Made by a program: the position numbers and the translations under genes
In this document: positions 1 to 12,869 of the stretch, one piece after another
How the letters are laid out: every line of letters starts with the position of its first letter
Numbering within the stretch: position 1 is the stretch's first letter
Assembly: GCA_050273025.1 (NCBI GenBank)
Contig: CP158636.1
Location: forward strand, 11,346,001-11,410,000
DNA: 64,000 bases
Source: Cenococcum geophilum
Lineage: Eukaryota
Direction of reading: 5' to 3'
The notes under the pieces: generated by a model
Seen by the model: only the letters and a program-made list of their open reading frames with translations
What the model was told of the DNA's origin: nothing
Databases searched by the model: none

Positions 1-3000
1 TTATTAACTAGAAAAGAGTATTGCTTAGAGCCATTTAACTAAGTTAGAGTTACGTTAACTATACCGTTATTTTAGCCACCTATCCGTTTACTAATTACTT
101 AGGGTTCTTTAGCGGGTAGGCCATAAAGTTAAGGTTAAGGTAATTAAGCATCTTATAAAGTACTACTATTAATGCTAAATAAACCAGAAGTCCCCTAGCC
201 GATTTAAGTTTACCTTTAAAGATAACTACGACTTTAACTTCTATATCATTATTAACGTTATATATTTTAGCGGCAAGCTAGTACTCCAAGTTATTAACTT
301 CTTAACCTCCTTCTAAGCCGCACGATTCTTAAAGGATATATTAGCTAGGAATATATAGGATATATTAGCTAAGAATATATAGGATACCCTTTATTATACT
401 AGATCGATATCTACCTAAGACCCCCTAATTAAATTATCTATAATATAGAAAAGAACTTCTTATCTATAGAGTTTTAATAATAGATAAAGGTAATGGTAAT
501 TGAGGTTAAGGAAGTCCCTATTAAGGCACATAATAGTATTAGAAAAGTAGAACGATATTATATACCATTACGCCGCGTATATAAGATTATCTCTTTAAAA
601 CTAGAGGACGCTAGTAAAAAACTTACCTTGCAAATAGCTATTAAAGCTATTAATAATTCCACTGGCCTAGATAGACTCATACCTATATTGCTAGTCTTTA
701 GCGCCTACCCTTAAATAACTAAAAATTCTCTACTATCTCCCTCCATTATATAATAAGCTAAGGCTATTTACAAGGCAACAAAGGAGGTACGACGTCTCTA
801 CGCTATACGCTAGGTCAACAACGTACTAGGAATAAGAAATGGCCCAAATACCTTAACTACGCTTAATCTGCCACTTTAGTCTAAGGTACGCGTATAGCGT
901 AAAAAGGGAGGATAGTTAGGCCTATATTAACTTATTACAATTAATAGTTAAACTTATACTATTTAGATGCCTTATAGACCCACTTAATTCCATTTAACTG
1001 TTATTAAGCCTTACTATAAAGATAACAGTTTTAAGCCTTTATAGGATACTATAGAAGATGCCCTAGAGGAGAGCCATGATTAACGTGCTCTAGAAGGCGA
1101 CCATAATCCTAATATAATTGTAGTAGATACGCCGCAACTATAACGCGGTAGAGGTCGCCTAAAGGAATCACAAAATTGCTAACATCTTATTAATTTTAAA
1201 GAGCAATTTGTTGCCGCTATCGAGAATAAAGTTAAGCTATTAATGGCCTTTATAACAGCTAAGGAGAAGGCTAACTTCGAACTTGTAAAATAGCTCTAAA
1301 AGGAAGGTCGTATTATAACTCCAGGAGCTCCTTTCTAAGTATCCGATAAGCAGGAGATTAATAATCTTATTATAAGAGGGGTCTTTAAATTTAAGAAGTA
1401 TAACCCTACTAAGTTTAATAAAGTTCGCATCTTTAAGTTAAGAATAGTTAATAAGATTAAAGGTAAAGCTACTAATGCCCTATTTAAGAAATCAAGGCTT
1501 ATTATCTAAGGCTATAATAATAATAGTAAGGAGGTAATTCTTATATAATCTCCCACGATTTAACAAGCCAGTTAGTAAGTTATTATTACACTAGCTCCCT
1601 CCCTAATAAAGAATAGAATAGCAGTCTATTTATAAGATATTACTTAGGCCTACACCCAATTAAAGACGCACCTTTAGCGCTTAATATTAGCATACCTTTT
1701 AGAGTAAATTCGCCACTAATACTCCGAAGATACGATTATAGTTATGCTTAAGCCATTATATAGAATTGCAGAGGTAGGAACTTACTAGTGGGCTACCTAT
1801 AGCAAGTACTATAAAGAGAAGCTTTTAATAACTACTTCTATATTTAATCCATGCTTCCTTATTATAACTACAGGAACTCTATTTAGAATTATTAGCATAT
1901 AAATTAACGATATAATTATTTTAGGAGATAACCGATTCTTAGCTCTTAAAGAAGACAAGCTAGTAAAGGTAAATCTTATAGTAAAGCTAAAGGAAAAGCT
2001 TAATTTAACAACACTATTACTCTTTAATAAATATATCCTCTCCCTAAATAAGGATTCTATTGCTTTGTGCCAGAAGGGTTAAAGTAAGAAGATTAACGTT
2101 ATTAATATTAATTCTCTAAAATAAGGATATGTAGAGTAACGCGCTTATAGAGCTTATATTGCTTCTATTTATCAACCTAAGGCTTTATTTAATCTCTCTA
2201 TTACCGCTTAACACTAGGAACTAACTAAGGATAACGTCCTTACCCTAAATAAGCGTCTCTCCTAGTAAATAAACTATCTCGACCGGGGACTACTCTACGT
2301 GCCTATTAATCTTCCCACCGCTAAGCTCTTTATATTTATTAATAGATCGTTCGTAAATAATAAAGATTTTAGCTCTTAACTAGGATATAAAATTATTATC
2401 GCGAACGAATCTACTAAAGAGAATAACTTTACGATCTATAGTAATCTTATTTATTAGAGCTTAACTAAGAGTAAGCATATTACTCGAAGTATTCTAGCGT
2501 TAGAGATATATAGAATGGTTAGCGGAGTTAATATAGTAATTACAATTGGAACTACCCTAAAGATAATTATAGATTGACTTAAACTTCCCGTTATTCCTAT
2601 AATTGTGTATACTGACTTATACTCCCTCTATAAGTGCTTAGTTAAGCTTAGTACTATAAAGGAGAAGCGCCTTATAATCGATATTATAGCACTTTATTAA
2701 TCCTACAAACGGTGAGAACTCTTTAAGATTTAATAGATTAACAGTTAAGATAACCTAGTAGATGTAATAATAAAGGCAAACCTAAATAAGGCTCTAGAAA
2801 CGTTTATTAATATAAATACTTTACGCGTATAAGTTAAAGGTTAGGTTAAAAGGAAGTAAGAGTATGACGCTCTACAGACCCTAATTTTAACTAGCCAATT
2901 AGGATTTTCTATACCCGGTATAGAAAATCGCTATTAGCTTGCTTACAGCTAGCGCCTTGGCGGCCCTAACAACCCTAATATAATATTCACTAATGACTCC

Positions 3001-3317
3001 TTAGCAAGAAAGCACCATGTGCTAAGAGGCAAATTTTAGGATAGCGAGACTTATATTACGATAGCAATAGTAAGTAAGGAGGATTGATATTTGTTACGCT
3101 AGTCAAGCAGTAGTTGTATATAGATGGCAACTATAAAAGAAGAGTTGCTAGTGTCGGGAATGAGGCAAGCGGTCGTTACGTGTCGCCGCGGCACTAGCGT
3201 GGCGAGGAGCCTTAAGCTCCTCGCCCTTCCTCATTTTAATCAAAAAGCTTTATTAACCAACATCACTGTAACCTACTCGAGTAGTCGTTATTGGTGAGTT
3301 ACCCTATGTGACCAACA
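1..3317 (+). mobile_element. Ty1/Copia LTR retrotransposon, RIP-inactivated; 5' part lies outside the window (Copia copy 1)
   Basis: Integrase core (ORF 493-714), RT relics (KSRLIIQG ~1490, LKPLYGIAE.GTHW ~1750), RNase H (YTD.YSL ~2610), in Copia order INT-RT-RH. 3' LTR at 3152-3317. Colinear with the reverse complement of 22400-25240. Confidence 0.93.
3152..3317 (+). repeat. 3' LTR of Copia copy 1 (166 bp, TG...CA)
   Basis: TGTCGGG...CCAACA, homologous to LTRs 21879-22051 and 27865-28037. Preceded by a purine-rich tract; contains hairpin GGCGAGGAGC-CTTAA-GCTCCTCGCC. Confidence 0.9.
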
Positions 3318-3797
3318 CTATTAATTACTAATACTAAGCTTTTAATGTTACTTACTATTAGGCTAAAGCAGCTAGAAAGGACTATTATATTATAGTTAAC
3401 TATTCCCTAACTAGGGTTATAATGCTTATAGTTAATATAGTAGGTTTAAGTTCGTTTACTATTTTAATAGTAGTTATTTTAATATAACGTAATATAAGGG
3501 CGCGGAGAGGCTTTAGGGAAGATTTAAAGAAATAATATAAATTCTATCTAAATCTAAGGGTATATAGCTCTTGCTAAGAATAATACATTATATAAAAAAG
3601 AGAAAGGAATAATAAGAGAATTATATAATTAAATAGTTAGGGGCTTAGTAGTTAATGCGTTCGTATATACACACGCGGTCTTTAATAAACTATAGTAAAA
3701 TTTAATTAATCTAGCAGAATTTGGTTAAAGCGTCGAAATTTATCTATTAAGTGTTTTACCGAGACATTCCTACTATAACTGGGCTAGTCCCGTTACA
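3318..3797 (-). mobile_element. 5' end (LTR 3493-3797 plus leader) of a second copy of Gypsy family D, interrupted by Copia copy 1
   Basis: Aligns with ~62560-63038 (LTR and leader of element D) and ends CCCGTTACA. Confidence 0.88.
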
Positions 3798-4850
3798 TAA
3801 CCCTTTTTAAGGCGGAGTAGCTAAATAGATATAGCTAGGTAAGCCTTAATAGCCTATTACTAAGCTTTTATAATCTTTTACTTTACTTTATAAAAAAATA
3901 AAGTTTATCTAGGGCTAGTAAGAGCTCTTTATTAAGCTTTATAGTAGTAAATTAAATATAGGACCCTATAATAGATTAGATAAAAAAGTTAGGGACTTTA
4001 AAGATTAATAAGATATATATACTTAGCGTTAGAGACAGATTAAATATTATAAGACAATTGTATATTCGCTCGCGTATACTTAGCATAAAAAGAAGGTTTG
4101 TAACTAAATAAAGCCGTAATTATAATATATACTAACTTCTTCTCTATATAATAAGAATAAGGAGATATAATTTTACCTAGTAAAAGAATTGTTAAAATTC
4201 TATAAGTATAATACTTAGATAACGTACTTAATAAGCGAGTCGGCTATATAAGCGAGTCGGCCACCTCAAAACTCACCAAAAATTGGAAAAATCGCATTTT
4301 ATATCTTAACAACCACTAAATAATAATTAATGCAAATTTAATAGCGGCCTATTAATGTAATAACTAACTTATATTAGAAGTATTGGAAATCATATATAAG
4401 CGGAAGTAGGTTAAATAGAAAAAGTAAAGTATTTCCGCCCCCACTTTTCTATTTAACCTACTTCCGCTTATATATAATATCCAATACTTCTAATATAAGT
4501 TAGTTATTACATTAATAGGCCGCTATTAAATTTGCATTAATTATTATTTAGTAGTTGTCGAGATATAAAATGCGATTTTTCCAATTTTTGGTAAGTTTTG
4601 AGGTGGCCGACTCGCTTGCATAGCCGACTCGCTTATTAAGTACGTTATAAAAGATCTAATAGAAGGTATTTGAAATAATAAAAGTTATTAAATTAAAGAT
4701 AGGAATGCTATACCTTTAATAAACGACTTAGAGATATTAGATATCTTTAAAAATAAAGATAAAAAGGAGGGGAATAGTATTACGGACCTTATATTAGTAG
4801 TAGTAGCACTACTAAAGAGATATATAAATAGACTAGTAGTAAAAGTATAA
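3798..4850 (+). mobile_element. 3' remnant of a Gypsy-A-related element (3' UTR, PPT, start of an LTR at 4778); right boundary uncertain
   Basis: Similar to ~13000-13550. PPT AAAAGGAGGGGAATAG is followed by TATTACGGAC, as at 13541. Confidence 0.75.
4222..4645. mobile_element. Fot1/pogo-type (Tc1-mariner) non-autonomous foldback element / MITE
   Basis: ACGT termini flanked by TA on both sides (4220-4221, 4646-4647). About 200-bp inverted arms with a <20-bp spacer; subterminal direct repeat AAGCGAGTCGGC twice per arm. Confidence 0.92.
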
Positions 4851-5409
4851 AAGGTACTATAATTAGTTAAACTATAGAATAAGGGGTAGCTAAGTTATAT
4901 AGTTAGATATATTTATAAGAGTAAATCTATATTAGGAAATGGATGCTTCCTTTATAGGTAACACGCCCTCGCTTATTAGCTCGCCGCTTTATCCTAGCCT
5001 ATATTTCAACCTTATTATATAAAAGCGTCCACCTCTTACCGTTTTACTTTCCCTTCTCTATCTTCTCTTCCTCCCTAACGCCACACATCCCTCTTATTAG
5101 ATATTATCGCCTTAGTTAAACCTCCTTACTCCACCCCTAAGCTATTTTATTCCCCTATTAGGGTCCGTGCATATATAAGCCCTATTACTTCCCTTAATTT
5201 CTATATCTTAGACTAATAGTAGTATAGCGCCTCTTATGCTCTCTAATAATAACTTTTTTTATACTCTCTTTATAGTAATAGATAAAATGGCTCTTTCTAC
5301 TCTTATTACTAGAGTAGTAATTACTATTTATCCTTTTTATAGCCTAACCTTAAAAGACTTATCCCACTTATATATATAGGCATTCATAATATTTAGAGCT
5401 TTCCCACCT

Positions 5410-5830
5410 TATTACGGACGCTTTAAGTATAATATTACGACTACTTAGAGAAGAGTCGGAAGAAGCTAGTTAGTTAATACAAGCGTGGTCCAGAATAGGT
5501 CCGGTAAAACCATGTAATAAGGAATAGTAGTATAAGTCACATAAGGTAATCTATATAATTTATATAATCTATAGGATCTATAATAAAGCAGATAGAGTAC
5601 ACGTATATTATATATAAGAAGGATTTTATAGGAGTACGGTTATATATTTAAGGACCTTAGTCCCTACTTAGATAGTTCCTTCCTTATAGTAATTCTTAAA
5701 ATATAATTAGAGTTAATCTATTAGACAACCACTCCACCAGTTATTATTACGTTGTTAATTATTTATAATACCTACATACCTAGCCCATTAATAGAACCTA
5801 CTATAGTGCTTACTACAAGGTTCTGTTATA
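5410..5830 (+). repeat. LTR of Gypsy A (copy 1)
   Basis: Direct repeat of 5930-6351 and 13541-13959, differing mainly by C>T/G>A. Confidence 0.92.
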
Positions 5831-5929
5831 CAATTACTACCATAGTTACGGTTTTAAGAAGTTAAACAATATACTACCAAAAGCAGCCACTATAACGCCA
5901 TTGACGGCGGCAACTACTTTAAGGTTAGG

Positions 5930-6351
5930 TGTTACGGACGCTTTAAGCACGATGTTACAACTACTTAGAGAGGAGTTAGAAGAAGCTAGTTGGTTAATAT
6001 AAGCACGGTCTAAGATGGAGCCGATAGAACTATGTGACGAGGAATAGTAGTACGAGTTATATAAGGTGATCTGTATAATCTAAGCGATTTATAGGATCTG
6101 CGACAGAGTAAACAGAGCATATGTATATTACGTATAAGAAGGATTTTATAGGAGTACGGTTGTGTATTTAAGGACCCTTAGTCCTTACCTAGATAGTTCC
6201 TTCCTTATAGTAATTCTTAGAATATAATTAGAGTTAATCTGTTAGGCAACCACTCTACTAGTTATTATTATATTATTAACTACTTGCAATACCTATATAC
6301 CTAGCCTATTAATAGAACCTATTGTAGTACTTGCTATAAGGTTCCGTTATA
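5930..6351 (+). repeat. LTR of Gypsy A (copy 2)
   Basis: TGTTACGGACG...CCGTTATA, followed by PBS, leader and gag. Confidence 0.92.
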
Positions 6352-9300
6352 TAATTACTACTATGGTTACGGTTTTAAGAAGTTAAATAATATGCTACTA
6401 AAAGCAGCTACTACAACGCCATTAACGGCGGCAACTACTTTAAGGTTAAAAGGCGACACTAGTATAGTAGATACTAACTCGCAGCAACCTATAATAGTTA
6501 AATAGCTATAAGAGATAGTTAACTAGTTAATAGAAAACAATATAACGCTTAAATAAAGGATTAACGGGATAGGGGTAGTAAAGATTAAGTTACCTTTAAT
6601 TAAGAGATTTTTAGGAGAGAGATTAAAACTTAAAGGATTTCTTACGTAAATGTACTTTAAGGTTATATAAGAAGGAGTAAAATTGCTAATACCTATAGAT
6701 CGAATAGCTTATGCAGGACTATTCTTATTAGGAAGAGTACTTAAATAGTTTAAGCCTTACCTTATAGAAATATAGGTAAATGGAATAACGACTACTAATT
6801 AAAAGGTGTAGTTTATATTTTTAAGTTAGGAAGGGTTTATAGAGCGACTTATATAAATGTTTGGAGACCCAAAGGCAGTAACTACAGTAAAAAAAAACTT
6901 TAAGATATTATGCAACAAACTTTAGTAATTAAGTATATAATATAGTTTTAAACGCTATCTATATAAGTTAAGTGGAATAATAAGGCGCTTATAGCATAGT
7001 ATAAACAGGGACTTAAGGCTAAAGTCTAGGACGTAATTATTCTAATAGAAGATACAGATACCTTAAGGGATTTAATAGATTAAGTAATAAAAATTAATAA
7101 TAGGATCTACTAAAGGGAACAGGCTAAGAGAGGCTAGGATCGAGTTTTATAGTTATATAAGACGTAAAGCACATAACGACTAAAGCTAAGTTAGAAACTA
7201 TAGTATAGCGTAAAGCTAATAGACCTAAGCGGTATTAAAGAAACCTATAAGAGATAAAGTAAGAAACTATAAAAACCTAGAGGTTAAGGATCTAGTAATT
7301 ATAGGACTAAGGAGTATAGGCTAAACTAGGGATCTTAGTAGTAGAAGACGTTTAGGCGGACTTTATAGCAAAGTTAGTGGTTTAGAGATAGAGCTTGCAT
7401 AAATTATAGGAAATAAGGTTATTTCGCGAGGGATTATAAAGATAGTTAGAGTTACTATGTAATAAAGGGAACCTAACTAGTAGAAGACACATACATATAG
7501 AGGGATAATAGTATACTAAGAGGAATAAAAGAATGTTTAATTAGAAGCTTTACGTTTTATTATAATAACGTATACTAAATTTATAAAGACGCTAAGTATA
7601 GCGCAAGCTATTGGCTATAAGAGCTAGAGTTAAAGGGACTTAAAGGAACTATAGAGTTAGATAAAGACTAAGATCGACTCTATAAGCTGGATTAAGATAT
7701 TATAGTAATGTGTAAATAAAGATTAGCAATAATAATAATGGAGTTGGAGTACTTATTAATTAATATCGATAAGGATAGTAAAGGAACTAACTGGGGGTAT
7801 CTAAACCTTAATAACGTAATAAAAGTAGAGACTAAGACCGCTATAGAGTAAGGTTTAGTAATGGGTATTATAACACCGTTGGATACAGCATCTATCGCTT
7901 TATAAGACGGAAGAAGTAATATCTAAAAGGGATTAAGTAAGTAGATGACTGCTAGTGCTAGCTTACTACTTAATAAAGGCAAAAGGCTAAAGGCTTAAGA
8001 TTCTTAAGACGAGATAAAAGACGACTAAGATTCTTAAGATAAGATAAGGCACACCTAAGGACCTATAACGGACGAAAACCGATAGAGTAGGGTAGTAGCT
8101 TAGTTTAAAGATATACGAATAAGCTTGGGATAGAGTTTCCTATAGGCATAAGATTCTTAAGATAAGATAAGTAAGATTTAAGACTCTTAAAACGAGATAA
8201 GAACACTACAGACGCCTAGTTAAACTAAGGCGGAAGCTAAGCTTAAGTTAGCAAGCTTAGGATTAGAGAATCTAAGAAACTAAAGATTTAGGACACAAAT
8301 AAGGGTATCTATAAGTAAGAGGTAAGAAGCTTCTTTATAGATTAGAGAATCTGCAATATAAATAGTAGTTAGACTAGGAGACAAGTATATAGACCTAGAA
8401 GACTTACTAGGGAAACGTAGTGTTTAGCCTAAAGATTAAAAAGTTAATAATAAAATTAAGAAGTATAAAGACTTTAAGGATCCACTTACAAGACGTAAAA
8501 GAAAAGAAATTATAGCAGAATTTAGAGTAAGAATTGCTGTATAGTAAGAGCAGAAACTAGATAAGAGATCTAGTATACTAGGTTGTATAAGGGACAGAGC
8601 ACCTATATAAAGAATTACTAATAGGCTTAAAGTAGGCATACTAAGAGCTAAGTAGCTTACTAAATTGGAAAAAGAAGAGGATCTAGGGATTCTAATTAGG
8701 TTTAAAGAACAATACATAAAGGGCTGTTATAACGCAGTAATAAAGAGATACTTTTTTACAGATAAGCCGTATATACTTAAAGGACTGTATTAAAAGTAGT
8801 ATAGGCAACGATATAATGATAAGTGGGAAGATTTCTACATGTAGTTAGATAAAAAAGTTATTTAAGACTACCCAATTATAGAGAAGGCTATAACTTATAT
8901 TAAAGGAGCCTTAATTATAACGTTAAAAGATCTAGAGGAGTAATTAGAGGACTAGAGAAGTAAAAGATAAATCTTAGTACCTGTAAATAAAGTTATAACG
9001 CTTAGATTAATACGTAAAAGGTTTAAACTTAAGGATAAAAACGAGCCGAGAGTTGACCTAAGATACTAGGTATATTATATACTATTATAGATAGTATATA
9101 TGGATAATGCGTGTAATATATATAGAGTACCTAAGGATAAAAATTAGAAGTATTTAATAAGAATATATTGGATAATAGATAAGGCAAAGTATTAAAACGT
9201 TAAGTATATATATAGTTAGCACCTAGTAGAAGTTTAAGAATAAGGGGACTTAATATTTTAACTAGGAAGATTCCTTACGGAAGAATACCTAAACGGATAA

Positions 9301-12300
9301 TAGTGGTAGGAATATTCTAAGAATACGTGTCTATAGTATATTAAAGATAAAAAGCGAACTAAGTATTGGCCTAAGTTGGACTAAGTATAAATAGGATTAA
9401 GTAGCTAATAGTTAGGAAAAGTAGAGGCTTATAGGACTAAAGGGAGCTAATAGTAGAGCCTTAGACCCTTAAAGGAATTTAAGGTTAACACCTAAATTTA
9501 TAAGTAAAGTGGTAAGATTAACAGTTTAAGGTATTAATAGATAGTGGAGCAATAAGGAACCATATCTTACTAGTAGTAGTTAAAAGAATAGGATTACTAT
9601 ATAGGAAAAAGGAATGTTTTTACCTATTAGTAATAATTTTAGGAGATCCGATAGCCTATAGAGGAGGTATTATTAATCTTAAAATATGACCTATTTAGCT
9701 AACTATTAAAGGGAGATAAATCAAGATGTCTTTAAATATATTACTATTAGGGAATAATAAGGTAGTGTTAGGAATGCCTTAGTTATAGGAATATAATTTA
9801 AGGATTAATTAGGTTATAGGTTAGGTTAATATTAAGGATACTTAACGCTATAAGATGCGATAATAGGCTAGGTTAGTATGGTGCTAGGTAGGAGCAACCT
9901 ATAAAGAAATAGAAAAAGGGCTAAGCTATATACTAAAGAGATACTATAAGTACGGTAAGAAACTTTAGTTACTAGAAAGTAAGAAGCTGTTAGAATATAT
10001 AGTATAGGACTATAAGATAGAATTAGAACTAGGAATAAGTTTAAGGTTTTTTTTAATCTATAAGCTTACTAAAGAGGAAGGTAGAGTATTAAAAGAGTTT
10101 ATCTAAAAGAACTTATAAAAAGGATACATCAGACTATTGCAGTCATTAGCGGGTTATTTAGTACTATTTATACTAAAGAAAAATAGCAAACTAAGGCTGT
10201 ATATTAACTATAGATAGTTAAACAGCATTACTAGAAAGGATAGATATCCTTTACCCTTAATTAGCGAAATCTAAAATAGGATAGGTAATACGCAAATCTT
10301 TACGAAGATAGATCTAAGATAGGCGTACCATTAGATTAGAATTAAGGAAGGCAATAAATAGAAAGTAGCCTTTAGGTTAAAGGAAGGATTATATAAACTA
10401 TTAGTTATATAATTCGGGCTTATAAACGTACTAGTAACGTTTTAGAAGCGGGTTAATAATATATTAGGAGAATACTTAGATGAATTTGTTATAGTATATT
10501 TTAACAATATTATTATCTACTTAATAACTAAGGAAGAATATGGAGAACACGTTAAATGGGTTTTAAAGAAACTATAAGAAGAATAGATGCTAGTAGTAAT
10601 TAAGAAATGCAAGTTCTTTACAAGGAAGACTAATTTTGTTAAATTTATTATTAAACTAGGCTAACTTAGTATAGATCTAAAGAAGATTAAGGCTATAGTA
10701 AATTAGTAGGATCTAGAGAATGTTATATAGTTAAGATTATTTTTAGGTTTTTATAATTACTGTAAAAGGTTTATAGCGCAATAGTTAAAGAATATTAAAC
10801 TATTTACGCAATTAATAAAGAAAGAAGAACTATAGGTATAGGGAAAGGAGTAATAAAAACTATTTAGAAAAGTTAAGAGGTTGTTTACCTAGGAGCTAGT
10901 TCTTAAGATCTATTAACTAGGACTAAAAACGGTTATAGAAATAGATATATTAGACTTTATACTAGGGGTATATTTTATATAAAAGCATCTAAATAAATGG
11001 CACCTAGTAGTATACTATAGTTAGAAGATAATACTACTAGAACTAAACTATAATATCTATAATAAGGAGTTATTAGGTATAGTTACAGTACTAAAGAAAT
11101 AAAGAGCATTCTTATAAGGTATAGAGAAACTATTTATAGTTAAGATAAACTATAAGAACCTAATAGGATTCCTAATAATAAAGGAACTTAACTAAAGATA
11201 GGTTAGATGGGCAGAGATGCTTATAAAATACTATTTTAAGATTTAGTATACTAAGGGCATAGATAACTTACAAGCTGACGCGTTAAGTTAAAAGGCTAAA
11301 CTATAAAATAATAAAAAGCTATTAGGGGCTTTACTGCGAAAAGATATAGATAGACTAATTAGGTACAATTATCTAAAAATTATAGTAACTTAAGAAGATA
11401 AGTTAGGAAAGGTCTACGAGATACTAGAAAGCTTTTAGGTATAAAGAATTCTAGAAGTATAGCTAGAAGATCTATAGACGGATATATATAAAAATTAAGA
11501 AGCGAAGTACATCCTAAGAAGCATAGTAGAGAACTTTATAAAAGATTTCTATAAGGGACTAACTTAAGGACACAACGGAGTTATAGGCTTAGTGCTAAGA
11601 CTCTAAGAGGAGTATATTATTAATAGAATCTAAAAAATAGCTAGGAAGGTTATTAAGGAATATCTAAATTACTAAAGGAATAAATTAATAAGGCATAAGC
11701 TATATAAAGGGCTATAACCTATTAAAATACTAGAGAGACTATAGGAGGTTATATTATAGGACTTTATTATTAAGTTATTAAAATTAAGAGATCCTATTAT
11801 AGGGTAAGATTATAATATAATCTTAGTAATAGTAGATAAGTTTATAAAGTGGGGATACTTTATAGTATATATAGAAGAAAACTTAGCAGAAGATGTCGCT
11901 AGAATCTATATTAAAGAAGTGTTTATAAGATATAGAGCACTAAGTAAAATTATATCGGACAGAGATTTAAGATTCATAGTAGCATTTTAGAAGGTATTCT
12001 TAGTGGAATAGGAAGTATAAGCAGTAACTTCTACTATATATTATTCGCAGATAGATAGTTAAATAGAAAGATTAAACTAGACCCTAGAACAGTATCTAAA
12101 GCACTATATTAATTATATATAGAATAATTAGGTATTACTATTACTAGTTATATAGTTTATATATAATATAATACCATAGAAAGGAATAGGTACTTTACTA
12201 TTTAAGGCGAACTATAGATATAAGCTAAGAATATTGCTTTTGCTATATTAAGTAAAGAAGATAAGTAGTATAGCTAAGTAGAGAATAAAGACTTAAATAA

Positions 12301-12869
12301 ATCTTTATATAAACCTTATAGAAACAGCTAAGGTAGTATAGTAAAGAATAAAAGGATACTATAATGTTAAGAGATCTAAGGGACTAGATCTTAAGGAGGG
12401 AGATAAAGTATAGCTACTATATAAAAATTTCAAAAGTCGATAATTAAGTAAGAAATTAAACTACGTTAGACTAGGACCTTTTAAAATTATATAAAGAATT
12501 TTATTAGTTACGTTTAAATTAAACCTACTAGCTAAAATAAAAATCTACCCTTTACAGCACATTATAATACTAGAGCTAGTATATAGGAATATTAAGCTAC
12601 TAGCCTATAAAGCAGATATATATATTGGATAAGAAGAGGATAAATAGTAAGTTTTAAAGATTGTTAGTTATAAAGATATTAACAATAAAATATAGTATAA
12701 GGTAAAGTAGATAGGCTATAATAAAACTATTTAGAAACTATTAGAGAACCTAAAAAACGCTATAGGAAAGGTATAGAAGTATTAGAGGAAAATATGTCGG
12801 GTAATATTAATAAAAAAAGGATTACAAAAGAATAAGTTACCTAAGGGGGACCTAAAAAGAGCGACTACT

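Noticed and set aside
2988..3015. CTAATGA...GAAA as a RIPed hammerhead ribozyme core
   Set aside because: No stem II or flanking helices could be formed.
8436..8717. Minus-strand ORF, and similar ORFs at 23771, 27934, 37297, 39547, 50778, 56746 and 58595
   Set aside because: Antisense or off-frame readings of RIPed retrotransposon or adjacent sequence.
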